A stretch of DNA of 63,741 nucleotides, the filler included, from Octopus bimaculoides (Eukaryota), in NCBI RefSeq assembly GCF_001194135.2. It is 6 parts of 6 records of this genome, joined end to end, with 100 filler letters (N's around TTAATTAATTAA, not from the genome) between each part and the next. Parts side by side here need not be neighbours in the genome. Positions count along the whole stretch, not along the records: positions 41,920 to 62,288 come from NC_069006.1; positions 62,389 to 63,741 come from NW_026309000.1; 4 more parts are not named here. One strand, given 5' to 3'. Shown here in pieces: positions 51,341 through 63,707 of the stretch. Below the pieces are notes generated by a model that did no database searches, was not told where the DNA came from, and was given only the letters and a program-made list of their open reading frames with translations. The first letter of the stretch is position 1. Each line of letters starts with the position of its first letter. The position numbers and the translations under genes were made by a program.

Positions 51341-54300
51341 TGCGCTACATTCCATCTCAAATATCTAATCATCATCATTATTATCATCCTCATTTAACGT
51401 TCATGTTCCTATGTCGGTATGGGTTAGATACATACATATGTATCAGAGGCAATGTGTCTGAAACTTTTGGTGATATACTATAACTGAGGAGACCCATCAA
51501 GCAAGGTGAAATCGTAGTCATGGCCAATGTTGGTGTCATGTAACTGACACCCATGGCAGGTCGCACGTAAAAAGCACCTTTCAAGTGTTGGGCCTCATGG
51601 AGGCAAAGAGACAGATGTGCCAGTGGCATGTGTGAAGCTCTTTTCGAGTGTTGGGCTTCATGAAGGCAATGACGAATGATTGAGACCTTTGACATTATGT
51701 CGTGCTTGAGAAGATTCATCGAGCCAAGTAAAATCACTGTCATCGCAGATACTGGCGTCATGCCAATGGCACCCGTGCCAGTGGCACATACAAGCACTCA
51801 TTATACTCTTGGAGTGGTTGACGTTAGGAAGGGCATCCAGCCGTAGAAAACCACGCCAAATCAGACTGGAGTCTGGTGCAGCCTTCCAGCTTACCAGCCC
51901 TGGTCAAACCATCCAACCCATGCCAGCATGGACAACAGACATTAAATGGTGATGATGATGATATACATATATATATATGCATATCATCATCATCATCATT
52001 TAACTGGTGTCAAGTTGTATTGGCACCTTTGCCTTTCCCTTGGATAACATCGGTGGCGTGGAGAGGGGACACCGGTATACATGGATGACTGCTGGTCTTC
52101 CATAAACAACCCTGCCTGGACTTGTGCCTTGGAGGGGAACATCTAGGTGCAATCCCATGGTCATTCATGACCAAAGCAGATCTTTACCTCTTTCCCTTTA
52201 TCATAGCTTCTTTGTTCAGCTCAATTAAGGGGTTTTATTTTACAGGTACTTGGCAAACCTCACCTGCGCTGGTGCCATGTAAAAAGCACCCTATACACAG
52301 TTTAGTGGTTGGCATTAGGAAGGGCATCCAGCTGTAAAAACCATACCAAAGTAGACAGTTAGATTGCCAAGTAACCTTCAAGGCAAGAAAATAAGGGAAG
52401 AGGAAGAAATTAAAAAGGGGAAAATTATAAGGGAGAGAAAGGAAAAAGAAAGGAGTAAAGTCACCTCAGCTAAACAGAGGGGGGTAGTATTGAAGAGGAG
52501 GAGGGGCAATTGTGATGGTGCTAAGCCAGGCAATGAGAGGCTAGATTGTAAAGGAAGAACAAGCCCAGATGTTTTTTAATAGAAATACAAGACTACTCTG
52601 TATTATATAAGGGAGGGTGAGAATGAGCTTATTAAGTTGATAGGGACATTTAGATAATGCAAGCCTTCGTTGAAAATATCCAAATGAAAAAATAGTCAAA
52701 ACAGCCACGTTTGGAATGTCTGTGATCTGGAGCCTGACAGATCAAAGTTACAACTTTTTTTATGTGAACTATGTTCATTCATCCTTTTTCTTTTTTTTCT
52801 TTCTTTCTTTCTTCATCTTTGGTTTGCAGGAAGGACCCATGCAACTATGCCCCTGGCCTTCACAGCCCCTATACTATCAACTGTAGATAAACATAGTCTT
52901 CCCTTTCTCTAAGTTTCCATTGTGGTTCTGTCAATAATGGTAATTACATTCTATGGTGGTATGATTTCTCTTCCCAAACTCTAAACCAGTGGTATATAAC
53001 AATTTTTTGTAACTTCCAATTTTAAGTAGTTGTTATGCCTAACGCCCACCTAAGTGGTGAGTGGGGTATCATGAATAAACAAACTTTAAATGGATGATAA
53101 TTTATAAATTTTACTCTCAAAATGGATTGTATAATCTTTTAATATTGAAATGATAAGAAATACAGAGAAGGGCTTTCACCAAATAAAATTACCCCAGGAC
53201 TTATTTCTTAAGCCTAGTAATTATTCTATTGGTCCCTATTGCCAAATCTCTGATTACAGGGATGCAAGCACACCAACATCAGTTGTCCAACGATGATGGG
53301 GCGACAAACACAGACACATTAACAAAGCCTTTGAAATTCTATTTGTAAGTTGTCATTATCATTTGTATATACATAAGTATGATAACGCATGTACAAAAGT
53401 ATGTATGAAATTATACATACGTACGTACGTGCGTGCATACATACATACATACATACATACATATTACACACATCAAATACACTCAAAAGGCTTTGTTTCA
53501 GCCCAGGGCTAGAGTAGAAGACACTAATTCATCTTGACACACAGTGGGACTGAACCCAGAACTAAGTGGTTAGGAAACAAACATTATTATCATGTCGCCA
53601 TGCCTTGGCTATATGATAACAATGATGATGATTATGACAATGAAGATAACGACGACAATAACAAAAGTGATGACAGTAAGAGGATTTCAAACACTAACAC
53701 TCTTTTTCTGTACCTTTCTTCACATATTTTTATATATATATATATGACAGGCTTCTTTTAGTTTCTGTCCATCAAACACACTCAAAGGATCTTGTTTCAG
53801 CCCAGGGCTAGAGTAGAAGACAGTCATCCACTTTGTCACACAGTGAGACTGAACCCAGGACCAAGTGGTTAGGAAGGAAGTTTCTTAACCGCACAGTTAC
53901 ACAATTGCCAGTTGAGAGACCCCCTTCGGTCATGACTGACCATGGGATTGCACTTAGAAAGTTCCCCTCTGAGGCATAAGTCCAGACAAGGTTGTTTATG
54001 GAAGACCAGCAGTCGCCCATGCATACCAGCCTCCCTTCTCCATACCACCGATGTTATCCAAGGGAAAGGCAAAGGGGCCGATACACAATTGCTAGTAATA
54101 ATAACAATAATAATGATTACCCTGTCTAACACAATTTTTGCCCTTGGGTAGCAACTGTTGTTTCCTATTTGCTTTCCCCTAGAAAGTATGAAAAATGGTT
54201 AATATTTCCTTCAAACTTTGCTTGTGTTACAATATTTATTCAAAGCCCAAAGAATCCCTTTCAACCATATGGCTACTACACAAATCTTGCTCATGATCAG

Positions 54301-54583
54301 AGACACACATGCTCAAGCGGTTATGGTCAAGCAACTGACAAGCAAATCTGTGGTATTGAGCAGATTATTTGCTATAACGATATTTCTGCTTCAGCAACTC
54401 CATGGTGAATCTGTCAGAAATGTAATGGAAAACAGATCAGTTTCAAAATACTGTTGTCCAAGTTGTGATCTCCTTTGATTTCTAGATAGGAGCAAATAGG
54501 AAATAACACTTACTGATCATAGACCAAAAAAGTAAAAATTTTGTTACACAAAACTGATGACATTAAGACAATTAAAAACAATG

Positions 54584-54707
54584 TTACTTACAAGAATCGA
54601 CATCTTTCTTCATATCTGTCCACCTTGTCTCAAGAGTTTTTCCTGTTGCTTCTGGACAGTATTTCAGATTTTCAGTTACACATTTCTTATCTGATCCATA
54701 TATTTTC
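54584..54707 (-). CDS. Probable terminal exon of an uncharacterised six-cysteine protein
   Basis: ttgtttttcag acceptor, phase 2 start: KIYGSDKKCVTENLKYCPEATGKTLETRWTDMKKDVDSCK*. AATAAA on the minus strand at 54235-54240. A GTAAGT at 54591-54586 could instead be a donor. Confidence 0.72.
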
Positions 54708-56670
54708 CTGAAAAACAAGTAAATAAACATGAGATCCATAAAGTTTGCAATATTATATTGGAGATGCATAGGGAATAAAAAGAAGAAGAAAAAAAAACAT
54801 GTAAAAAGTTTAACATTCATATTCCAATATCTCAAATGAAATGCTTTACTAATGTGGCTGGTCCCAACTGAGCAACACCTTGGGCTAGTGTCTTCTAGTA
54901 TTGCTTTGAGCCAGCCTTGTCAGTGGATTTAGTAGACAGAAACTGAAAGAAGCTTATCACCATCATCATTTAACATCTGTTTTACATGCTGGCATGAGTT
55001 GGATAGCTTGACAAGATTTGGCCACCTGACTAAGAACTAAGCTGATTAAGAACTAACTGTTCTTAAGCTGTTCAGGCTCCATGTCTGTTTTTGCATGGTT
55101 CCTATGGCTGCTGCTGCTGGTGTGATGGTGGCAGTGGTGGTGCCGGTGGCAGTGGTGGTGCCGGTGGCAGTGGTGGCAGTTGCAATGGTGGTGGTAGTGG
55201 TGGTCACTGAATTTAGTTTTGTTTTTATTGTTTTATTTTAGTTTCTATTTGTCAACATAACAAGGTTGATATATTGAGGCAAAATATAGAATTAGAAAGG
55301 AGAATTGCAATCATTAGAATTCCACTACAAAATATTTTAGTTCAATGCTTTCCAGATTCTGCTACCACAAATCCACCCCACCAACCAGTCCACAGTGAGG
55401 GTACCATGATAAAACCCTAACCCTAGTAAACTCTGACCCTCTGCCCCAATCTTCTGCTACTTAATTTCCTCCACCTTTTTTTTTAATCCTTTTTTGTTAC
55501 CTTGATCAGGTAGTTATGGGGTCTTTTTTTCTTGATAATTTGATCTTTTATACATTTTGGGGTTTTTCTTTTTCATTTTTTTCTTCTTTCGATATTAAAT
55601 TAGATAAAAAGAAAAACTGTAAAATGGTTTGGCAAATGAGTAGAAAAGAAATGTAGGGCCAATAGAACCCAGCCTTTCTGATCTCAGTGCTTATGATAAA
55701 ATGGCCCCAACATGTTCCATATAATACTTGCTGAAAGGAAGGGCATCCAGCAGTAAACAACAACATGAAAGTGAACAAACAATACATAATCCTCCAACCT
55801 ATTTCAGGGGACCGTAACCAGCGCTAGATTAACCATTCAGCAAAATAAGCACATGCTTAGGGCTTCAAGAGATGGAGGCACCACAGAAATGGTAAATGGT
55901 TTATGGCACAAAAGAAATCACTTTAAATTTGCTAAATTAATATTCGTAATGCCTTATCTCAACTAAGTATAGAAGCAGAAGTTTTACGTAAAATTAATTT
56001 TAACGAGATCATCAAAAACTTTGCAATTAAATTTTTAAAAAAAACAAAAGAGAAAATTTTTCAAATATAAATAAAGTGGAGGTATACAAAAATAAACATT
56101 ATTTTCCATCTTTTTGTTAGTTTTGTTTCATTTTGGAAAGTAAAAATACATTTTAGATTTTGAACCATTTACATATACTTGAGGGCACCAACACTTTTTA
56201 AGTGCTTAGGGCCTCTATGGGTTTTAATCCAACTTTGACTGTACCAATGATTAAGAACTTGGACAGTGATGACAATGCCAAGCCATGCTTTCACATCTGC
56301 TCGCTATGCCAACGTTGAAAGTAAACATAATATAAGGATGAGGATGTAAATGATGACGATGATGAATAAGTGCAAAAATTAAGTTAAAAATTTAGCATTT
56401 AAACTGTCCATATCATGTTTTATGTTCAAACCAGCCAGATCCAGAATATCACACCTACCCTACAATGAAATTCTAAAAATACACAATCACATCATCAAAA
56501 TCTTGAAACTACAAGCTAATGATTATTTCAAAACAATGTGAATAAATAAGCATAACTTTTGACAGAATGACCTCCCATAATTCTATTAACTGGAATTTTT
56601 TTATGAAACTTTGATTTCTAGCATAAAACAGCCTTAGAAACACACTGGAATGATCAAAATAACATTTTAA

Positions 56671-56890
56671 CCCTTTGGTGTTTAAACCGGCTGTATCCGG
56701 CCCAAATATTCAACACATTTTATGCTCAAACTGGCCAGAGCCAGCTTCTCACACCTACCCTGCAATGTCATTCTAAAAATAAGCAATTACATCTTTCCTA
56801 TCTTGAAGCTACAAAATAATATCAGATAAATTTTTTGAAATGTGAATAAATAAGGATTACTTTTGACAAATTAATCTGAACACTAAAGGG
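56671..56890. mobile_element. TTAA MITE family 1
   Basis: TTAA-CCCTTTGGTG...CACTAAAGGG-TTAA. Partial copies at about 56390-56560 and 57065-57265. Confidence 0.8.
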
Positions 56891-57907
56891 TTAAATAGAA
56901 ATAAGCGAGATATTGGGTGAAAAATTTGCAAACCTCATTTGAATATCAGAGAAATATACCTAGTAGATATAGCAAAAAGGTTAGATATGTGTAAATATTG
57001 ACAGATAATTACGAAATTTGTAATTTTTAAGTGATCTCATATGAGATCACTGATAGGTAATGGGTTAAACCAGACATATCCAGCTCAAATATTCTGCTTG
57101 TTTTATGTCCAAATTGACCAGATCTGGCCTTTTACACCCACCCTGTAATGCCATTCTAAAAATAAACAATCATATCATCAATATCTCCAAGCTACAAGAT
57201 AATGCCGGATTTATTCAAAACCATCTGAACAAATAAGTATTACATTTCGACAGAATAATCTGACCATCAACGCCATCTATGTTTCATGCTGGAATGGGTT
57301 AGATAATTTGGCAGGATTTCATAGGTCCAAGGACTGTATCATTCTTCGTTGCCTACTTTGGCATACTTTTTACAGCAGGATGCCCTTCTTGGTGCCCTTC
57401 TCAACCACTTCATAGTATGTATTAGGTACTTCTTTTTTCCATGGTGCCAGCACTAGTGGGCACTATACAGCTTGCAAGGCTATGAACCCAGAGGGCAAGA
57501 ATTAAGCTGAGGATGGGAAAAGGGTTCTGGGCTCAGTCCCACTGCATGACACCTTAGGCAAGTGTCTTCTACTATAACCTTGAGTCAATCAAAGCTTTGC
57601 GAGTGGATTTGATAGATGGAAACTGAAAGAGGCCTGTCGTATGTGTCCCACCACCGTTTGACAACCAGTGTGGTGTGTTAACGTCCCCATATCTTAGCTT
57701 TTTGGCAAAAGGGGCCAATAGAATAAGTATCAGCCTTAAAAGAATAAGTACAGGGGTTCATTCATTCGACTAAAAATTCTTCAAGGTGGTGCCCCAGCAT
57801 GGCCACAGTCTAATGACTGAACCAAGTAAAAGATACAAGAAGAAACACTTGCAGAAGACCATATTAATCTTGTCTGTATCATTCCAATTTGTAGTAGGAA
57901 AGCAAGT

Positions 57908-58295
57908 TGTTGTTGTTGGCACTCCGTCGCTTACGACATCGAGGGTTCCACTTGATCCGATCAACAGAACATCCTGCTCGTGAAATTAACGTGAAAGTGG
58001 CTGAGCACTCCACAGACACGTGTACCCTTAACGTAGTTCTCGGGGATATTCAGCGTGATACAGTGTTACAAGGCTGACCCTTTGCATTACAGGCACAACA
58101 GAAACAGGAAGTAAGAGTGAGAGAAAGTTGTGGTGAAAGAGTACAGCAGAGTTCGCCACCATCCCCTGCCGGAGCCTCGTGGAGCTTTAGGTGTTTTCGC
58201 TCAATAAACACTCACAACGCCCAGTCTGGGAATCGAAACCGTGATTCTATGACCGCGAGTCCGCTGCCCTAACCACTGGGCCGTTGCGCCTCAAC
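57908..58295 (-). mobile_element. SINE family Z, full length, 12-bp TSD
   Basis: TSD AGGAAAGCAAGT at 57896-57907 and 58296-58307. Confidence 0.93.
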
Positions 58296-58361
58296 AGGAA
58301 AGCAAGTAAATGTTTAATAAAATGAAGAAGAAAAAAAAACAAACAGAAGAGAATAACTTAC

Positions 58362-58473
58362 AATTTACATTCTGTATGACCCTTTTCAGCTTTAAGACGG
58401 TCGGAACGATATTTGTCATATCTAAATTGGATTTTACTTATGCATTCTTTGCCCCTGTTACATTTTCTATGAT
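58362..58473 (-). CDS. Internal exon of the six-cysteine protein gene
   Basis: ttctccttttcttacag acceptor, TT|gtaagt donor, 112 nt, phase 1/2: HRKCNRGKECISKIQFRYDKYRSDRLKAEKGHTECK(L). Joins in frame to 54707. Confidence 0.75.
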
Positions 58474-59459
58474 CTGTAAGAAAAGGAGAACAAAATGTTT
58501 TTTCTTAAAAATGAACAGAATATGTTGCTGTTGGCGATGGCGTTGACTATCCCGTCAGCAAGGTGTGGATGGTTTAACATGAACAGATGATGTAGAGGAA
58601 TGAGTCAAGTCCAAATGTCTGCTTTTACAGGATCTCTACAGCTGGATGCTCTACCTAATGCCAACCACTTCACTGAATATAAGAAGTACTCTTTTTACAT
58701 CAGCACTTGATAAGCTCACCATTTGTTGTTGTTGTTGTTGGCACTCCGTCGCTTACGACGTCGAGGGTTCCAGTTGATCCGATCAACGGAACAGCCTGCT
58801 CGTGAAATTAACGTGCAAGTGACTGAGCACTCCACAGACTCATTAGATAGCTAGTTAGTTATGTACTGATGCAAGTCATAATAACAAACTTTTATTGGTG
58901 GTAATATGATGTAATGGTCATGTTGCCCGAATACATATAATTGTTAGTTTCCCATTGGTTAAAATTACTGCCAATATTTGAATTCTAAACATTCGTCAAA
59001 GAGAAATCTTTCAGGAAACACGGTTCTTAGAATCCAGGTATGAGCAGTTATAAAAACACTGATTTTTAGGAAATTAATCAGTGATCGTTGGTTGCCACTT
59101 GACTCCACAACACCTCACTCTCAGTGTCCGCTTTTTGTCAGTTGACCCCACAACACTCACAGTCAGTGTTCATTGGTTGTCATTCATTTCCACGACACTC
59201 TTTTGAGATATTGGCTATTTCTATGCCATGTCTATTAATTCACCAAGACTATTTTGAATTGTTGTGTAACACTAGTTTCTTAGTATGGAAGAATTAGTAA
59301 TATAAATTTTATGTCGTAACTCTCTACAATAATCTTCTTTGACTTATAAATATACTGTAAATATTAAATGTATATAAATAAACTAATTTAGTAAATACTT
59401 TCTCTTTTTTCATTTTCTTCAACCTGTTAATGAGATTTATTTCTGTAACTATGAAAATA

Positions 59460-59775
59460 ACTAACTTGCTAGATAGCTAGTTAGCTAAATAACTAACTCA
59501 CTATAGATAGCTAGCTAGTTAATAGCTAGCTCACTAGTTAGTTAACAAGCTAGCTAGCTAGTTAGTTAACAAGCCAGCTAGCTAGTTAACAAGCCAGCTA
59601 GCTAGTTAACTAACTAGCTAGCTAGCAAACTAATTAGCTAGATAGATAGTTAACAAACTCGCTAACTATCTAACAAGCTAGTTAACTAGCTAACTAACTA
59701 AGTAGCTATCTAGCTAACAAGCTAGTAAACGAACTAGTTAACTAACCAACCAGCCAACCAACTAGGTAGGTAGAT
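59460..59775. repeat. Low-complexity (TAGC/TAAC/TAGT)n satellite-like tract
   Basis: Directly visible; a similar short stretch lies at about 58843-58862. Confidence 0.9.
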
Positions 59776-60065
59776 AGATTTTTATGTGAGTGTGTCTTTA
59801 TGCCTGTCTTTGCCCCTCACCACCACCCATCACCACTGGACAACTGGTGTTGGTGTTCTTAGATCTCCATAACTTAGCGGTTCAGCAAAAGACATTCATA
59901 CAATAAGTACTAGCCTTAAAAATAAGTCTTGGGGCTGATTTATTTGGCCAAAGAAACCTTTGTAGGTGGTGCTCCAGCACGGTCACAAACAAATGACTGA
60001 AACCAGTAAAAGAATAAAATAATTTTTCTGGAAGTTATGAGGCAACAAATTCAGAGGGGACTCAC

Positions 60066-60131
60066 GATGCAGAGGCAGACCCCAAAATTTCACGGGTTTT
60101 AAGAAGGTACAACATAATTCCCAGCGCTATT
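60066..60131 (-). other. Candidate 5' exon (66 nt) of the minus-strand gene
   Basis: ttctctctatacctgtag acceptor and ATC|gtgagt donor. Longest open frame is IALGIMLYLLKTREILGSASA, but its phase does not fit the canonical acceptor at 58473. Confidence 0.4.
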
Positions 60132-60609
60132 CTACAGGTATAGAGAGAATATTTTTGAGAACGTGTAGATAATGTATATCCCTACTATCCAGTCCTTTTA
60201 ATCCCCTGTTAATTTATTTCAAAAACTGCCTTCAAATTTTAATGGTTGGAACAGCAGGGATTCTGATGAAACAAAACAGCAAAAAAGAAAACGTAGAAAA
60301 ATACACTCTCTCTCACATACATTTTCATTAGGTCACCCTGACACAACAGAATATTGGCTACCAGAGCACATGAATAAGTGTCTATTTGCAGAAGTCATCT
60401 TATGTAACAAACTAGGCCATAACCTATCTTAAATGTCAGCTGGTGTACCATAAAAAATAAATAAAACAAAGGCGCCAGCGTGTAGCTGTGTGGTAAGAAG
60501 TTTGCTTCCCAACAAAGGCACCTTAGGCAAGTGTCTTCTACTATAGCCCTGAGCTAACTAAAGCTTCGTTAGTGGATTGGTAGATGGAGATGAAAGGCCG
60601 CCATGTAAC

Positions 60610-60750
60610 ACACACACACTCCCGGCCGACAGCGCTTTCGATCGCAAACTCACGGGTACGGTACCGGCCGCGTGGCTCGTATCGCAGCCGACACGTCGGC
60701 CTTTCCATCACAAGATCCGATTCTTGCGTCATAACTTCCGGTAAAATGGA
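60610..60750. promoter_or_regulatory. CpG-rich promoter-like island with ETS motif
   Basis: Sharp local CpG enrichment, CCGGAAGT (minus) at 60734-60741, several palindromes, strong minus donor CCC|gtgagt at 60654/60653. Confidence 0.55.
60654..60732 (-). CDS. Candidate first exon of the minus-strand gene (coding status uncertain)
   Basis: ATG at 60732 gives MTQESDLVMERPTCRLRYEPRGRYRT with a phase 1 gtgagt donor, compatible with the phase 1 acceptor at 58473. No signal peptide. Confidence 0.4.
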
Positions 60751-61604
60751 TACATATATATATATATATNNNNNNNNNNNNNNNNNNNNNNNNNNNNNNN
60801 NNNNNNNNNNNNNNNNNNNNNNNNNNNNNNNNNNNNNNNNNNNNNNNNNNNNNNNNNNNNNNNNNNNNNNNNNNNNNNNNNNNNNNNNNNNNNNNNNNNN
60901 NNNNNNNNNNNNNNNNNNTTTTTGCGAAATGCATTAAAAAAATACGAAGATTACAATTCTGAAAAAATTAGATTTAAATTTTTTGTTTATTTTCCCCATA
61001 TTCTTAATCACCGTATTTTCCCACGTAGATTGATAGAAATTGTAGCATATTAGGAGGTAACGAAAAAAAAAAATTTCCAATGATTCCGGGATGGGGGGGG
61101 TCTTGTCCCCCGCCTTTCCGAACCAAAATAAGGGATTTGCAGTATATTAGGAGGTCAGGGTACTTGATTCCACGCAAAAAATCCGAGTTTTTTTTGTTTC
61201 TTAGTGAAAATCGTGCGGGTGTTAATACAGAAATTTACCGAAATTAACTCTTTGTGGATGTTAACCATACATAGTATCGAATTTCTGTTGCGCTTGCCAG
61301 GAAAAGAGAAAGATAAAAACATGACAGAAAAACAGATTAGTAATTAGATTGTAATGTAGAGATACGTAGATGTAACGTAAATGGATACGCCTTGTTGGCA
61401 TTAAAAGCCTAACAGCGATATTTAGACGAACCCAAATTTGTTGAAGCGCATATTCAAAAGAAAGTGAAAGTCAAAAATATAATTCACATATGGGAGGCTC
61501 AACTTCGCTTATAGGACCCAGGAGTAATTTTTTCGAGGCCATTTTTTTTTTACAAAAAAGGCGCATCTAACAAATATGGTGTGTATGTATATTTGTGTGT
61601 GTGT

Positions 61605-61810
61605 GTGTGTGTTATTTCTTTACTACCCACAAGGGGCTACACACAGAGGGGACAAACAAGGACAGACAAACGGATTAACTGGTACTTATTTAATCGACCC
61701 CGAAAGGATGAAAGGCAAAGTCGACCTCGGCGGAATTTGAACTCAGAACGTAGCGGGCAGACGAAATACCGCTAAGCATTTCGCCCGGTGTGCTAACGGT
61801 TCTGCCAGTG
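61605..61810 (-). mobile_element. SINE family X, well preserved
   Basis: gaccccgaaaggatgaaaggcaaagtcgacctcggcggaatttgaactcagaacg...gctaacggttctgccag. Confidence 0.9.
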
Positions 61811-62949
61811 TGTGTGTGTGTGTGTGTGTACATACCTTTTATTAAAGCTGCAAATTTATCGCAGAACTGTTACTCGTAGTTTAACATTCCTGTTCCTCGG
61901 ACAGATAAATAACTGAATCAAAATCGTAATTGTACATATGATGTTATGACAGTTCTGTGATAGTTTTGCAGCTTTAGCAAAAAATATGTGACTCTACCCT
62001 CAGTATTCGAGTACTGCTTTGCGCCTATGTGCTTACCTGTGCTTATATTCGTTCTTTATTCGTGTATAATTATCCGGAAATCTTTTGTCATACATCTGTG
62101 GCCTTATCAGACTGGACTAAACGGAGCAGGTGCTCAGACGAGGACGGAAAGTGTCGCTGAAGAGGCCACTGGTGTGTGACGAAGATTTCCGGACAATGGA
62201 CACGAGTTAGAATAAGAAGAGTAATGAACAAGTGAAGAACGAATATATAGTGGGTGTGTTTATTTGGTAAAAAAAAAAAAAAAAAAAANNNNNNNNNNNN
62301 NNNNNNNNNNNNNNNNNNNNNNNNNNNNNNNNTTAATTAATTAANNNNNNNNNNNNNNNNNNNNNNNNNNNNNNNNNNNNNNNNNNNNCAGAATAATTGA
62401 TAGTCAGATGTGGGAATGTCCGGCAAATATGGTGTGTGAGACGTTGTTTCCTATTCAGTCTGGTCTAGCCTTTGGAATGTCTTCCTCGCTGTATGCGGCC
62501 GAGTAGTATACTGAAGGTTGAACGCCTTTCGTTTTGATTAGAAAGATGTTCGTTTTTCTTTTAGAGCTGACGTAAGCCACTCAAGCTGCTCGCAATAGAT
62601 AGTCTTCGTGATTGTTTGGCTTGAGTTTAAATGTTCAAAGTGGACTAGACAAATCATATTCCACCAAACAAATAGAAACTCCTTAAATGGGGGAAGTTCG
62701 TCCTTAGCCTGAGGATTAAATGTTTAGAATTATATTGTCAATAAAAGAAAATAAAAAAACTAATCCTACTTACAGAAACGCTAAACTGGGAAGGTTTTGA
62801 AAAGATCCAACTTCTAATTCATTGATATTATTATCCATCAAATTTCTGTAACAAAAAAAAAGTGAGCCGTGAAAAGCTGTACAGAGGTTCGTAATGAAAT
62901 CGAAAATATAATGCCTAAAAATTTAGGAAAGTATACGGTGACGATGACA

Positions 62950-63330
62950 TGGTAGATGATGATGATGATGATGATGGTGATGTTTGTGATGGTGGTGATG
63001 GATATGTTGACATTTCGGAGGACGCTGATGATGGTGATAATATTCATTTTGATGATGATGCTGGTCCTGCTTGTGCTGACGGTGGTGGCGGTGATGATGA
63101 TGATGATGATGATGAAGATGTTGATAATGATGTTGATGATGATGATTTTCATGATCCTGATCCTGATCCTGATGATATTGATGATGAGGCTGCTGAGCAT
63201 GATGGTGATGATGATGTAGCTGCTGATCATGATGATGGTTGTGATGGTGGTGGTATTTATGATAATGATGTTGATGAGGAAAGTTATGGCAATAATGGTT
63301 TTGATGATGGTGATGGTGAAGTTATTGTGT
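62950..63330. repeat. Degenerate (GAT/GGT)n tract
   Basis: Directly visible; explains the poly-D/M/I ORFs. Confidence 0.92.
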
Positions 63331-63707
63331 AGCTGGAAATATTTCCAGAGAAATAACGAAAATAAATGCTTAAGAGTTGGAAGTTTACATATATTTATAT
63401 ATGAGTAAAGTTGATTTTAAAATACAATTACAAGATTGATGTGTGATATTCAACGTCCATCCAGAGCTGAATGCAGTAAATATTATACATACATGAATAC
63501 AAGTTGATACACTAGTATTGAATTATCCAGCCATAAAACATACAAATGCATACACATACATAAAATGTGCTGCTTGAACAATCATACACGCATATGTACT
63601 AACACACACACACCTAAGGACACATAAATACACACGCACACACACACATTTACATTGACAGATATTAAAACCAATCACATACAGCTCTGGAGGTGGTATG
63701 AAAATGC

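Noticed and set aside
54169-54481. Overlapping ORFs and an acceptor-like site downstream of the six-cysteine exon
   Set aside because: Splicing from the 54591 donor to 54481 creates an immediate TAA, and no frame has recognisable features. More simply this is 3' UTR.
62838-63332. Asp-rich 127-aa ORF resembling acidic biomineralisation proteins
   Set aside because: A decayed (GAT)n tract open in several frames and on both strands, with no signal peptide.
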